From positions 634-64,633 of the forward strand of contig JBHHZJ010000006.1 in the NCBI GenBank assembly GCA_046758005.1: a stretch of 64,000 nucleotides of DNA, written 5' to 3'. The DNA comes from Kiloniellaceae bacterium. Lineage in GTDB: Bacteria; Pseudomonadota; Alphaproteobacteria; Kiloniellales; J153. Below the pieces are notes generated by a model. It searched no databases and was not told the origin of the DNA. It saw only the letters and a list, made by a program, of their open reading frames with translations. This document shows positions 9,407 to 18,932 of this stretch, piece after piece (position 1 is the first letter of the stretch; each line of letters begins with the position of its first letter). Position numbers and translations under genes: made by a program.

Positions 9407-11968
9407 ATGAGCATCTTTGGTGCGATGTTTTCCGGTGTCACCGGGCTGGACGCGCAGAGCCAGGCGCTGGGCATGATCGCGGACAACATCTCCAACGTGA
9501 ACACGGTCGGATACAAGGCGACCACGACCCGCTTCTCCACGCTGGTGACCGAGTCGGCCTCGCGAACGCGGTTCACCCCGGGCGGCGTCCAGTCCCTGCC
9601 CGCCCAAGGCATCGACAGGCAGGGCCTGCTGCAGTCCTCCACGTCGCGGACGGACGTGGCCATCGCCGGGCGCGGTTTCTTCGTCGTGAACGAGTCGGCC
9701 AAGCCGGGCGTCGGCAACGAGTTCCTCTTCACCCGGGCCGGGTCGTTCAATCCGGACGAGAACGGCAATCTGATCAACACGGCGGGCTACTTCCTGCAGG
9801 GATGGCCGCTGACCAACGGCACGACGCTGCCGACCAACACCAGCGTTCTGACCAGCGTGCAGACCGTGAACGTGTCGAACCTGGCCGGCACCGCGAGCCC
9901 GACGACGAGCGTCGACCTGGCGCTCAACCTGCCCTCGACCGCGGCCGCGGCGACCGGCGGCGGCCAGATCAACACCAAGATCTCGGCCTCCACCCTGGCC
10001 GGCATCACGGACATCGACTACAAGGCGTTCGGCACGCTCGGGCAGGTCGCAAAGCTCACCTACGACTCGGTGCTGAAGCGGATCACCCTCGACATCGGCG
10101 GCCAGACCGGGGTCTTCGACGTGAGCGCGCAGACCGCCACGACCTACACGAGCACCGGCACGCTCGCGGGCATGGAGATCACGCTGGACACGAATTTCAA
10201 TTACAACACCAGCGTCACGACGCAAACGAACACGATCACCGAGACCAACCGCACCGGCACCGACACCGCCGATTTCACACAGGCGACCAACCTGAACGGC
10301 ATCCAGACCATGTCGTTCAACAGCGTGGTTTCCAACAACGACATCATCACCGTCGATTTCGACAGCGTGAGCGGCACGCTCACGGTCAGGGACCAGACCA
10401 CGGGCGACACGGGATCGGTGATTATCGGCACCACCGGCGGCAACGGCGTGAAGGACTTCACATTGACCGGCGGCACCCTGGCCGGCACGGTCGTGACGAT
10501 CGACACCAACGTCTTCAACTTCACCACGTCGTTCAACAACACGATCAACGCCTCCACCGGCGTGCGGAGCGGAGCGAGCACCGACACCAACGGCGTCACC
10601 ATCAGCAGCTTCGCGATCGGGAGCCTCGACGCGGCCGCCCTGCGCAAGGTCGATACCGGCATCAAGGCCTTCACGCTGACCATCACGGAGGCCGCCGGCG
10701 CCGACGGAATCGCGATCAGCAACAACACCGGCTCCGTGTTTACGACCGCCACCATCACCGCGGGCGACGTTAGCGCCGGCGCCACGACCATGACCATCAA
10801 CGTCAGTGACGGCACCGACTCCTTCGACGTGACGTTCAACACCAGCGGCGCGGTTTCCGCCGGCAACACGCTGGTCGTCGACGTGACGTTGAACGAAATT
10901 CTCAACAAGGTCGCGGCCGAGAACGACAACTTGGTGGTCGCCGCGACCACCCCGACGATCAGCAGTTTCGACGCCAACGACCTGGCGGCGATCGACAAGA
11001 CGGCAATTACGTTCAACGTCGATGCGAAAGGCCGTGTCGTCATGGAGAGCGGCCCGACGGGGTTCTCCGTCAACCAGTCCCAGAGCGACAGTTTCGCGAC
11101 CGCCGGCAACCGGAACATCGTGCTCACCGACGGAACGAACACCTTTACGGTCACGCTCAACGTGACCACGCCGATCACGGCCGGCAGCGCCGATGTCGCG
11201 GTCGACCTGCTCGAGCTGACGAACAGTGTCGGGCTCGGCAGCCCCATCGCCGGCGGGCAGTTCTCGTCCACGGTCCAGATCTTCGATTCGCTGGGCAACG
11301 CCCACGACCTGGAGATCCAGTACCTGAAGGAGGCCACCAACCAGTGGACCATCACGGTCCTGGACCCGGTCCTGGCTTCGACCGGGGCCAAGAGCGGCAC
11401 GGTGGTCAACGCCACCCGGAGCATCGTCTTCAACGGCGACGGCACGCCGCAGACGATCACCTTCCCCGACGTCCGGATCACGGGCTGGACCACCGGGGCA
11501 ATCGACAGCACGGTCGCCATCAAGCTCGGCACGACCAGCAAAGCCGACGGGGTGACGCAGTTCGCCGGCGAGTTCTCGATCAGCTCGATCGACCAGGACG
11601 GCGTGCGCTTCGGCGGTTTCGTCGGGGTGAACATCAGCGAGACCGGCGTCGTCACCGCCGTGTTCGACAACGGCGAGCAGTTGGCGATCTACAAGCTGCC
11701 GGTCGCCATCTTCGCCAACCCGAACGGCCTTGAGACGGTGAGCGGAAACGCCTTCCGGCAGACCGACACCTCCGGCGATATCCTGCTCCAGCAGGCCAAC
11801 AGCGGCGGCGCGGGCACGGTGGCCTCCTCGGCCCTGGAGTCCTCGACCGTCGACCTGGCCGAGGAGTTCACCAAGATGATCACGACCCAGCGGGCCTATT
11901 CGGCCAGCGCCCGGATCATCACCACGGCAGACGAAATGCTCGAAGAGCTGATCCGCATCCGCCGATAG
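9407..11968 (+). CDS. flgE: Flagellar hook protein FlgE, enlarged (853 aa)
   Basis: IADNISNVNTVGYK, FTRAGSF, IFDSLGNAH, LESSTVDLAEEFTKMITTQRAY; large insertion at about 9960-11250. Confidence 0.96.
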   Translation: MSIFGAMFSGVTGLDAQSQALGMIADNISNVNTVGYKATTTRFSTLVTESASRTRFTPGGVQSLPAQGIDRQGLLQSSTSRTDVAIAGRGFFVVNESAKPGVGNEFLFTRAGSFNPDENGNLINTAGYFLQGWPLTNGTTLPTNTSVLTSVQTVNVSNLAGTASPTTSVDLALNLPSTAAAATGGGQINTKISASTLAGITDIDYKAFGTLGQVAKLTYDSVLKRITLDIGGQTGVFDVSAQTATTYTSTGTLAGMEITLDTNFNYNTSVTTQTNTITETNRTGTDTADFTQATNLNGIQTMSFNSVVSNNDIITVDFDSVSGTLTVRDQTTGDTGSVIIGTTGGNGVKDFTLTGGTLAGTVVTIDTNVFNFTTSFNNTINASTGVRSGASTDTNGVTISSFAIGSLDAAALRKVDTGIKAFTLTITEAAGADGIAISNNTGSVFTTATITAGDVSAGATTMTINVSDGTDSFDVTFNTSGAVSAGNTLVVDVTLNEILNKVAAENDNLVVAATTPTISSFDANDLAAIDKTAITFNVDAKGRVVMESGPTGFSVNQSQSDSFATAGNRNIVLTDGTNTFTVTLNVTTPITAGSADVAVDLLELTNSVGLGSPIAGGQFSSTVQIFDSLGNAHDLEIQYLKEATNQWTITVLDPVLASTGAKSGTVVNATRSIVFNGDGTPQTITFPDVRITGWTTGAIDSTVAIKLGTTSKADGVTQFAGEFSISSIDQDGVRFGGFVGVNISETGVVTAVFDNGEQLAIYKLPVAIFANPNGLETVSGNAFRQTDTSGDILLQQANSGGAGTVASSALESSTVDLAEEFTKMITTQRAYSASARIITTADEMLEELIRIRR

Positions 11969-11988
11969 GCGCGCTGCGCGGCGATAAG

Positions 11989-12034
11989 GCGGCCGGTCCG
12001 TGATAGGCGAACGTTCCTAATCCGGACCGGCCGC
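11989..12034 (+). terminator. Stem-loop after flgE
   Basis: Perfect 12-bp stem GCGGCCGGTCCG/CGGACCGGCCGC with inner TAGG/CCTA pairing; no U-tract. Confidence 0.4.
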
Positions 12035-12072
12035 AGGCCGCGGAAAAGCGGCCGCGGCAGGCGCGTCCCCGT

Positions 12073-12117
12073 TTTACGCAATATTAGCTTAATCCTTGGA
12101 ATTAATCGTTTTTCAAC
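12073..12117 (+). promoter_or_regulatory. Two CtrA-box-like sites upstream of sciP
   Basis: TTTA-N7-TTAGC (12073-12088) and TTAA-N7-TCAAC (12102-12117), compared with consensus TTAA-N7-TTAAC. Confidence 0.6.
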
Positions 12118-12173
12118 AGCGGGGCGATAGGCTCTGCGAAGTCGCTGCGAGCGTGATTAATGGAGTGGAGTCG

Positions 12174-12506
12174 ATGGAGTCGGACCGTCCAGGTAGGCGC
12201 AAGAACGTCATTGGACCGGCAGGACAGCCGCTGACCATCGACGACCTGCCACCGCCGGAGACGAAGCGCTGGGTCATCCGACGCAAGGCCGAGGTCGTGG
12301 CTGGGGTCCGCAACGGCCTGATCAGCCTGGAGGAGGCCTGCAACCGCTATAAGCTCTCGGTGGAGGAGTTCCTCTCCTGGCAGCGGCTGATCGACGAGCA
12401 CGGCGTGCGCGGCCTGCGCAGCACGCGCCTGCAGCAGTACCGCAGGTCCGCCAACGGCGACGCGGCACCGCAGCGCAACGACCTGAAGCCCAAACCCTCG
12501 TCCTGA
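12174..12506 (+). CDS. sciP: CtrA inhibitor SciP (DUF1153)
   Basis: VIGPAGQPLTIDDLPPPETKRWVIRRKAEVVAGVRNGLISLEEAC...LRSTRLQQYR. Confidence 0.92.
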   Translation: MESDRPGRRKNVIGPAGQPLTIDDLPPPETKRWVIRRKAEVVAGVRNGLISLEEACNRYKLSVEEFLSWQRLIDEHGVRGLRSTRLQQYRRSANGDAAPQRNDLKPKPSS

Positions 12507-12658
12507 CCCGCCCAAGGCCCCCGACCCGCCGGCCGACCGGTCGCCCCCGCTCCACGGCGCCGGCGCCCGGGACGCGCCGATGGGCCGACATGCCGTCGCG
12601 CCGGGGGCGTCACGGCCGGGTCCCGGGCCCGTGAGGGGGCAATTTTTTCCTGCCCGCT

Positions 12659-12692
12659 AGGCAAAATTTGCCTTCATTAACTGCAACTTTAC
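12659..12692 (+). promoter_or_regulatory. fliF promoter region: ftr-like dyad next to a CtrA box
   Basis: AGGCAAAATTTGCCT dyad (12659-12673) and TTAA-CTGCAAC-TTTAC (12677-12692). Confidence 0.65.
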
Positions 12693-12815
12693 CGCCCTGT
12701 TTTACCTTGATGCCCGAGGACACGGGAGGCGCCCCGCGCGCCTCCCGTGTTCTGGAACCAGGGCTCCTGACGGGGCGGTGCGATCCAGGACGGAAGCTTT
12801 CCAGGACGGTCGATT

Positions 12816-14471
12816 TTGAACAGCATCGCCGACACGTTGCGGAACTTGGGTCCGGCCCGCCTCGGCCTCATGGGCGCCGTTGCGGCGGGGATCATCGCCT
12901 TTTTCATCTACCTGACGAGCCAGCTGACCACGCCGGACCTGGCGTTGCTCTACGCCGACCTCGATCCACAGGACAGCGGGCAGATCGTCAGCCGGCTGGA
13001 GCAGATGGAGGTCAGATACCGCCTGGGCAGCGACGGCACCCAAATCTTCGTCCCCAGCGACCAGGTCGCGCGCCTGCGCGTGGCCATGGCCGAGGACGGA
13101 CTGCCGAGCGGCGGCTCGATCGGCTACGAGATCTTCGACCGCTCCGAGGGCCTGGGCACGACCAACTTCGTCCAGAATATCAACCACGTGCGCGCCCTCG
13201 AAGGCGAGTTGGCGCGCACCATCCGCTCGATCGGCTCGATCCGGCAGGCGCGCGTCCACCTGGTCCTGCCGCGGCGCGAGCTGTTCACGCGCGACCGCCA
13301 GGAGCCGACCGCGTCCATCGTGCTCGCCTTGACGGGCAAGCAGCGGCTGGACCGGCCGCGAGTCCTGGCGATCCAACACCTGGTCGCCGCCGCGGTGCCG
13401 GGCCTCAAGCCGAACATGATCTCGATCATCGACAGCAACGGCACGCTGCTCGCGCGCGGCACCTCGGACGAGGACCTGCAAGGTACGGCAACGACCGCCG
13501 AGGAGATGCGCATCGCCTACGAAACGCGAATGGTGCGGACCATCGAGGAGCTGATCGAGCGCTCGGTCGGACCCGGCAACGTGCGCGCCCAGGTCTCCGC
13601 CGAGATGGATTTCGACCGGGTGACCGAGAACGCGGAAATTTTCGATCCGGACGGCCAGGTCGTGCGCTCGACCCAGATCATCGAGGAGGAGTCGGGCTCC
13701 CTCGACGGCAATGGCCCGCCGCCGGTGACCATCGGCGGAAACCTGCCCGAAGCCGCATTGCCCGCGGCTGAACCCAACGGCAGCCAAACCAACGCGACGC
13801 GCAACGAGGAGACGACGAACTACGAGATCTCGCGCACGGTCAAGACCCACGTGCGCGAGACCGGCACCGTGCGCCGCCTCTCGGTCGCCGTGCTGGTCAA
13901 CGGCACGACGACGCAGACGAGCGACGGCAAAACGGCCTACCAGCCACGCAACCCGCAGGAAATGGAGCAGCTCGCCGCCCTCGTCCGCTCCGCGGTCGGC
14001 TTTGACGAGGCGCGTGGCGACGTGCTGGAGATCGTCAACCTGCAGTTCGCGGACCTGGGTCAGGACCTGAACGAGGCGGGGTCGGGCTCGTTGTTCGGGC
14101 TCGACCAGGCGCAGCTCATGCGGATCGCCGAGGTGCTGGTGCTCGGCGTGGTCGCGGTCCTCGTGCTCCTGCTCGTGGTCCGGCCGCTGGTCGGGCGTGT
14201 GATCGAAGGCGGGGCGGAGGACGGCACCGGCAGGCTGACCGACCAGAGCACCACGCAGGCCGCGCTCGCCGGCCCGGACCAGCAAGATGAGGGCGCCGGC
14301 GGCCTGACGAATTTGGAGGTGGTGGCGGACGAGATCGAGCAGATGATCGACCTCAACAAGGTCGAAGGCCGGGTGCGGGCGTCCTCGGTCAAGAAAATCG
14401 GCGAGATCGTGGACAAGCACCCGGAAGAGGCCGTCGCGATCATACGCAATTGGCTTTACCAGGAAAGCTAA
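12816..14471 (+). CDS. fliF: MS-ring protein FliF
   Basis: GYEIFD, RALEGELARTI, ARVHLVLP, NYEISRT, RRLSVAVLV; two TM segments; TTG start. Confidence 0.96.
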   Translation: MNSIADTLRNLGPARLGLMGAVAAGIIAFFIYLTSQLTTPDLALLYADLDPQDSGQIVSRLEQMEVRYRLGSDGTQIFVPSDQVARLRVAMAEDGLPSGGSIGYEIFDRSEGLGTTNFVQNINHVRALEGELARTIRSIGSIRQARVHLVLPRRELFTRDRQEPTASIVLALTGKQRLDRPRVLAIQHLVAAAVPGLKPNMISIIDSNGTLLARGTSDEDLQGTATTAEEMRIAYETRMVRTIEELIERSVGPGNVRAQVSAEMDFDRVTENAEIFDPDGQVVRSTQIIEEESGSLDGNGPPPVTIGGNLPEAALPAAEPNGSQTNATRNEETTNYEISRTVKTHVRETGTVRRLSVAVLVNGTTTQTSDGKTAYQPRNPQEMEQLAALVRSAVGFDEARGDVLEIVNLQFADLGQDLNEAGSGSLFGLDQAQLMRIAEVLVLGVVAVLVLLLVVRPLVGRVIEGGAEDGTGRLTDQSTTQAALAGPDQQDEGAGGLTNLEVVADEIEQMIDLNKVEGRVRASSVKKIGEIVDKHPEEAVAIIRNWLYQES

Positions 14472-14483
14472 GGGACGCCGAAG

Positions 14484-15500
14484 ATGCGCCTGCGCGATGA
14501 CTACCGCACGATGCGCGGCCCGGAGAAGGCCGCGCTTCTGCTGATGTCGGTCGGCGAGGACAACGCCTCGCGCCTCTTTGCCCTGATGGACGACGACGAG
14601 ATCAAGGAGCTGTCGCAGGCCATGGCCAATCTGGGCACGGTGAGCTCCCAGATGGTGGAGCGGCTGTTGGTCGAGTTCGCCGACCAGATCTCCTCGACCG
14701 GCTCCCTTGTCGGCAACTTCGACAACACCGAGCGCCTGCTCTCGAAGGTCCTCGAGAAGGACCGGGTCAGCGTGATCATGGACGAGATCCGCGGCCCGGC
14801 CGGCCGGACCATGTGGGAGAAGCTGACCAACGTCAACGAGATGGTGCTCGCCAATTATCTCAAGAACGAGTACCCGCAGACGGTCGCCGTCGTCCTCTCC
14901 AAGATCAAGCCGGAACACGCCGCCAAGGTGCTCGCGCTCCTGCCCGAGCCCTTCGCGATGGAGGTCATCATGCGCATGCTGCGCATGGAGTCGGTGCAGA
15001 AGGAGGTGCTCGACGACGTGGAGCGCACGCTGCGCAACGAGTTCATGTCGAACCTGGCGCGCACCAACCGCCGCGACGCCCACGAGCTGATGGCCGACAT
15101 CTTCAACTTCCTGGACCGGAGCATGGAGACCCGGTACCTGACCGCGCTGGAGGAGCGCAACCGGGACTCGGCCGAACGCATCAAGGCGTTGATGTTCACC
15201 TTCGAGGATCTGAGCAAGCTCGATCCGGGCGGAGTCCAGACGCTGTTGCGCAACGCCGAGAAGGACAAGGTGGCCCTGGCGCTGAAAGGGGCCTCGGAGG
15301 ATCTGCGGGACCTGTTCTTCTCCAACATGTCGGAACGGGCCGCGAAGATCATGCGCGAGGACATGCAGGCCATGGGGCCGGTCCGCCTGCGCGACGTCGA
15401 CGAGGCCCAGATGTACATCGTCCAGCTGGCCAAGGACCTCGCCGCCAACGGCGAAATCATCATCGCCGACAGCAAGGGCGAAGACGAGCTGGTCTATTAG
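14484..15500 (+). CDS. fliG: Motor switch protein FliG
   Basis: [47 protein letters not shown]. Confidence 0.97.
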   Translation: MRLRDDYRTMRGPEKAALLLMSVGEDNASRLFALMDDDEIKELSQAMANLGTVSSQMVERLLVEFADQISSTGSLVGNFDNTERLLSKVLEKDRVSVIMDEIRGPAGRTMWEKLTNVNEMVLANYLKNEYPQTVAVVLSKIKPEHAAKVLALLPEPFAMEVIMRMLRMESVQKEVLDDVERTLRNEFMSNLARTNRRDAHELMADIFNFLDRSMETRYLTALEERNRDSAERIKALMFTFEDLSKLDPGGVQTLLRNAEKDKVALALKGASEDLRDLFFSNMSERAAKIMREDMQAMGPVRLRDVDEAQMYIVQLAKDLAANGEIIIADSKGEDELVY

Positions 15501-15517
15501 GACGAGGCTGAGATCGC

Positions 15518-16201
15518 ATGAGCGCGCCCAAGAAGTTTCTTTTCGACACTTCGTTCGAGCCGCCGCGGGACGAGGCCGAGGCGGCGCGGGCGCAAGGCAA
15601 GCCGGTGGCGAAGTACTTCGACGAGGACCTCGAACAGGCCCGCGAGGAGGGCTTCGCGGCGGGCAAGGAGGCCGGCGAGCGCGAGGCCATGGGCGGCATC
15701 GAGCAGGCCATCGCCCGGACGCTCGACGCCATTGCGCAGCAGTTGCCGGCGCTGTCCCGAGCCCAAGCCGAGGCGGAGGAACGCCAAAGCCGCGAAGCGG
15801 TTGCGGTGGCGACCACGCTGGTGCGCAAGCTGTTCCCCAAGATGGCCCGGCAGCAGGGGTTCGCCGAGATCGAATCGCTCGTCGTCGAGTGCCTGGAGCG
15901 CCTCCGCGAGGAGCCACGCATCGTCATCCGCGTCGCCGACGCCCTGCTCGACCCGGTTAACGAGCGGGTATCCGCCCTGGCCGGCCAGGTCGGATTCGAG
16001 GGCAGGATCGTGTTTCTCTCCCAGGATGAACTGAACCCTGGCGACGTGCGCGTCGAATGGGCCGACGGCGGCGCCGAGCGGGACAGCCACCGGCTTTGGC
16101 GCGAGGCCGACGGCGTCATCGAGCGGTTCCTCGGAGTGGCGCCCGAGGCCCCGGCGCCCGATCAGCCCATGGCACACAAGAGCGCCCTCGCATCCGCATA
16201 G
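15518..16201 (+). CDS. fliH: Flagellar assembly protein FliH
   Basis: KFLFDTSF, AREEGFAAG, EPRIVIRV, GDVRVEWADGG; between fliG and fliN. Confidence 0.88.
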   Translation: MSAPKKFLFDTSFEPPRDEAEAARAQGKPVAKYFDEDLEQAREEGFAAGKEAGEREAMGGIEQAIARTLDAIAQQLPALSRAQAEAEERQSREAVAVATTLVRKLFPKMARQQGFAEIESLVVECLERLREEPRIVIRVADALLDPVNERVSALAGQVGFEGRIVFLSQDELNPGDVRVEWADGGAERDSHRLWREADGVIERFLGVAPEAPAPDQPMAHKSALASA

Positions 16202-16228
16202 GCCCTCATTCCCACAGGAGACGCCATC

Positions 16229-16594
16229 ATGGCCGAAGAGCAAGACCTGGAACTGACCGACCTGGAAAACGAAACCCCGGAGCCGGAGCAAGCCGCGCCG
16301 GAACCGGAGCCCGCCCCGCCGGCGGAGCCCTCCAAGCCGCCGACCAACGCCAGGGAGCTGGAGGCGGTCTACGACATTCCGGTGCAGGTGTCTGCCGTGC
16401 TCGGCAAGGCGAGCATGCAGGTGAGCCAGCTTCTGAAGCTGGGCCGCGGCGCGGTGGTCGAGCTGGACCGCAAGGTCGGCGAGGCCATCGACATCTACGT
16501 CAACAACCGCCTGGTCGCGCGCGGCGAGGTCGTCGTCGTCGAGGACCGACTCGGCGTGACCATGACCGAGATCATCAAGATGGACCGCTCGTAG
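16229..16594 (+). CDS. fliN: Motor switch protein FliN
   Basis: DIPVQVSAVLG...LDRKVGEAIDIYVNNRLVARGEVVVV. Confidence 0.96.
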   Translation: MAEEQDLELTDLENETPEPEQAAPEPEPAPPAEPSKPPTNARELEAVYDIPVQVSAVLGKASMQVSQLLKLGRGAVVELDRKVGEAIDIYVNNRLVARGEVVVVEDRLGVTMTEIIKMDRS

Positions 16595-16623
16595 GGGCGA
16601 ACGCGACGAGAAGGCCCCGGGGC

Positions 16624-17469
16624 ATGGCGAGCCTCACCGCAACGGAAAAGCAGGGCGCACGGCGGCGGCAAGCCGCCGCCGTGCCCAGTGGTGCGCCGAC
16701 GATCGATCTTGCGACCCTGCTGGGCGTGGCGGGCGCGTTCGTGGTGATCGGTGCGGCAATGGTCTTGGGCGGTTCGCCGGGCGCGTTCGTCGACATCCCA
16801 GCCATTCTGATCGTGTTCGGCGGCACGTTCCTGGTGACCACGGCCTCGTTCACCATGGACGAAGTGAAGCGCGCCCAGAGCGTCATGCTGCGCGCGGTCG
16901 TCTATCACGCCGAATCGCCGAGCGACGCGGCGCGGCGCATGCTCCACCTGGCCAACCGCGCCAGGCAGACCGGCGCGCTGTTCCTGGAGGACAGCGTCAA
17001 GGCGATGCGGCCGAGCCGCTTCCTCAGCCAGGCCATTCAGCTCGTGGCCGATGGCATGCCCACGGAGGAGATCGAGCAGATCCTCTGGCGCGAGCGGCAG
17101 GCTACGCGCGAGCGCCATGCGCGTTCGGCCAGCGTCCTGCGCCGCGCCGCCGAGGTGGCCCCCGCCATGGGCCTGATCGGCACGCTGATCGGCCTGGTCC
17201 AGATGCTCGGCAACCTGGAGGACCCGTCGTCCATCGGCCCCAGCATGGCGGTCGCGCTGCTCACCACCTTCTACGGCGCGATCCTCGCCAACATGGTCTT
17301 CCACCCGCTGGCCAGCAAGCTGGAGCGGAACTCGGACGTCGAGTCCATGGTCAATCAGATTTACACGATGGGCGCCGTCTCGATCAGCCGCCAGGAGAAC
17401 CCGCGGCGGCTGGAAGTGATGATCAACACGATCCTCTCGCCCCTCCAACGGGTGAGCTACTTCGACTGA
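16624..17469 (+). CDS. motA: Stator A subunit (MotA/PomA family)
   Basis: IDLATLLG, APAMGLIGTLIGLVQML, IGPSMAVALLTTFYG; start approximate. Confidence 0.9.
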   Translation: MASLTATEKQGARRRQAAAVPSGAPTIDLATLLGVAGAFVVIGAAMVLGGSPGAFVDIPAILIVFGGTFLVTTASFTMDEVKRAQSVMLRAVVYHAESPSDAARRMLHLANRARQTGALFLEDSVKAMRPSRFLSQAIQLVADGMPTEEIEQILWRERQATRERHARSASVLRRAAEVAPAMGLIGTLIGLVQMLGNLEDPSSIGPSMAVALLTTFYGAILANMVFHPLASKLERNSDVESMVNQIYTMGAVSISRQENPRRLEVMINTILSPLQRVSYFD

Positions 17470-17491
17470 CCCAGGTAACGGGAGAGTACGT

Positions 17492-18883
17492 ATGCGACTC
17501 CTCATCGTTGGCACCCTTGACGGTCACATCGCCTCGGCCGGCAAGATTGCGTTGGAGCGCGGCGCCAAGGTGGCGCACGTCGACGCGATCGAGCCGGCCT
17601 TGGTCGCGTTGCGATCCGGTCAGGGCGCCGACCTGCTCATGATCGACGTGCGCCTGGACATCCGGCAGTTGTGCGCCAGCCTGGAGTCCGAGCGGTTCTC
17701 GGTGCCGGTCGTGGCCTGCGGCATCGGCGCGGAGACGCAGTTGGCCGTCGAGGCGATCCGCGCCGGCGCCAAGGAGTACATCCCGCTGCCGCCGGACGCC
17801 GAGCTGATCGCCGCGGTGCTCGCCGCGGTCGCCGAGGAGCCGAGTTCGATCATCTACCGCGACCCGGCCATTGCCAGCGCCCTGCGCCTGGCCGATCAGG
17901 TCGCCCCCTCGGACGCCACCGTGCTGATCACCGGCGAGTCCGGGACCGGCAAGGAGGTCTTGGCGCGCTACCTGCATTCCAAGTCGAAGCGGGCCAAGAA
18001 GCATTTCATCTCGATCAACTGCGCGGCGATTCCGGAGAACCTGCTCGAGTCCGAGCTGTTCGGGCACGAGAAAGGCGCTTTCACCGGCGCGGTCAGCCGC
18101 CGCATCGGAAAGTTCGAGGAAGCGCACGGCGGCACCCTGCTGCTCGACGAGGTCTCGGAGATGCACCCGCGGCTGCAGGCCAAGCTGCTGCGCGCGATCC
18201 AGGAACGGGAGATCGACCGGGTCGGCGGCACGCAACCGATCAAGGTGGACATCCGCCTGCTCGCCACCTCCAACCGCGACCTTGAGGAGGAGATGCGCAA
18301 GGGCAACTTCCGCGACGACCTCTACTTCCGCCTCAACGTGGTCACCATCCACCTGCCGCCGTTGCGCGAGCGGCGCCAGGACATCGACGTGCTGGCCAAC
18401 CACTTCATCGCCAAATACGCCGAGGCCAATGGCGTCGCCACGCCGACGCTGGGCGCGGAAGTGCGCGAGCTCATGCACCGGCATCCGTGGCGCGGCAACG
18501 TACGCGAGCTCGAGAACACCATGCACCGCGCGGTGCTTCTGACGCGCGGCGGCGTCATCACCCCGGACTCGATGCTGCTGACCGGCGGGACCTGGGCCCC
18601 CGAGGACGGCAACGGCGCGTCGCCGTCCGACGCCGTGGCCGCGGCGGTTGCCCAATCGCGCACCACCCTGCGCGCCGAGGCGCAAGGGCTGGTCGGGCGC
18701 ACCGTGGCCGATGTCGAGCGCGACCTGATCCTGGATACCCTCGAGCACTGCCTGGGCAACCGGACCCACGCGGCCAACATCCTGGGCATCTCGATCCGCA
18801 CCCTGCGCAACAAGCTCAAGCTGTACAGCCAGCACGGCGTACAGATCCCGATGCCGGGGGAAGCGGAGCGGTCCTCGGTATGA
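17492..18883 (+). CDS. flbD: Sigma54-dependent flagellar activator FlbD
   Basis: Atypical receiver domain, GESGTGKE, ESELFGHEKGAFTGA, C-terminal HTH GNRTHAANILGISIRTLRNKL. Confidence 0.92.
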   Translation: MRLLIVGTLDGHIASAGKIALERGAKVAHVDAIEPALVALRSGQGADLLMIDVRLDIRQLCASLESERFSVPVVACGIGAETQLAVEAIRAGAKEYIPLPPDAELIAAVLAAVAEEPSSIIYRDPAIASALRLADQVAPSDATVLITGESGTGKEVLARYLHSKSKRAKKHFISINCAAIPENLLESELFGHEKGAFTGAVSRRIGKFEEAHGGTLLLDEVSEMHPRLQAKLLRAIQEREIDRVGGTQPIKVDIRLLATSNRDLEEEMRKGNFRDDLYFRLNVVTIHLPPLRERRQDIDVLANHFIAKYAEANGVATPTLGAEVRELMHRHPWRGNVRELENTMHRAVLLTRGGVITPDSMLLTGGTWAPEDGNGASPSDAVAAAVAQSRTTLRAEAQGLVGRTVADVERDLILDTLEHCLGNRTHAANILGISIRTLRNKLKLYSQHGVQIPMPGEAERSSV

Positions 18884-18932
18884 GGCCGCGAGGACCGGCC
18901 GGCCCGGGCGCACCCTTGGCGCATCCTAGGCG

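Noticed and set aside
12089-12105. TTAA...TTAA pair upstream of sciP as a perfect CtrA box
   Set aside because: The spacing is 9 nt, not 7; the nearby N7 sites were reported instead.
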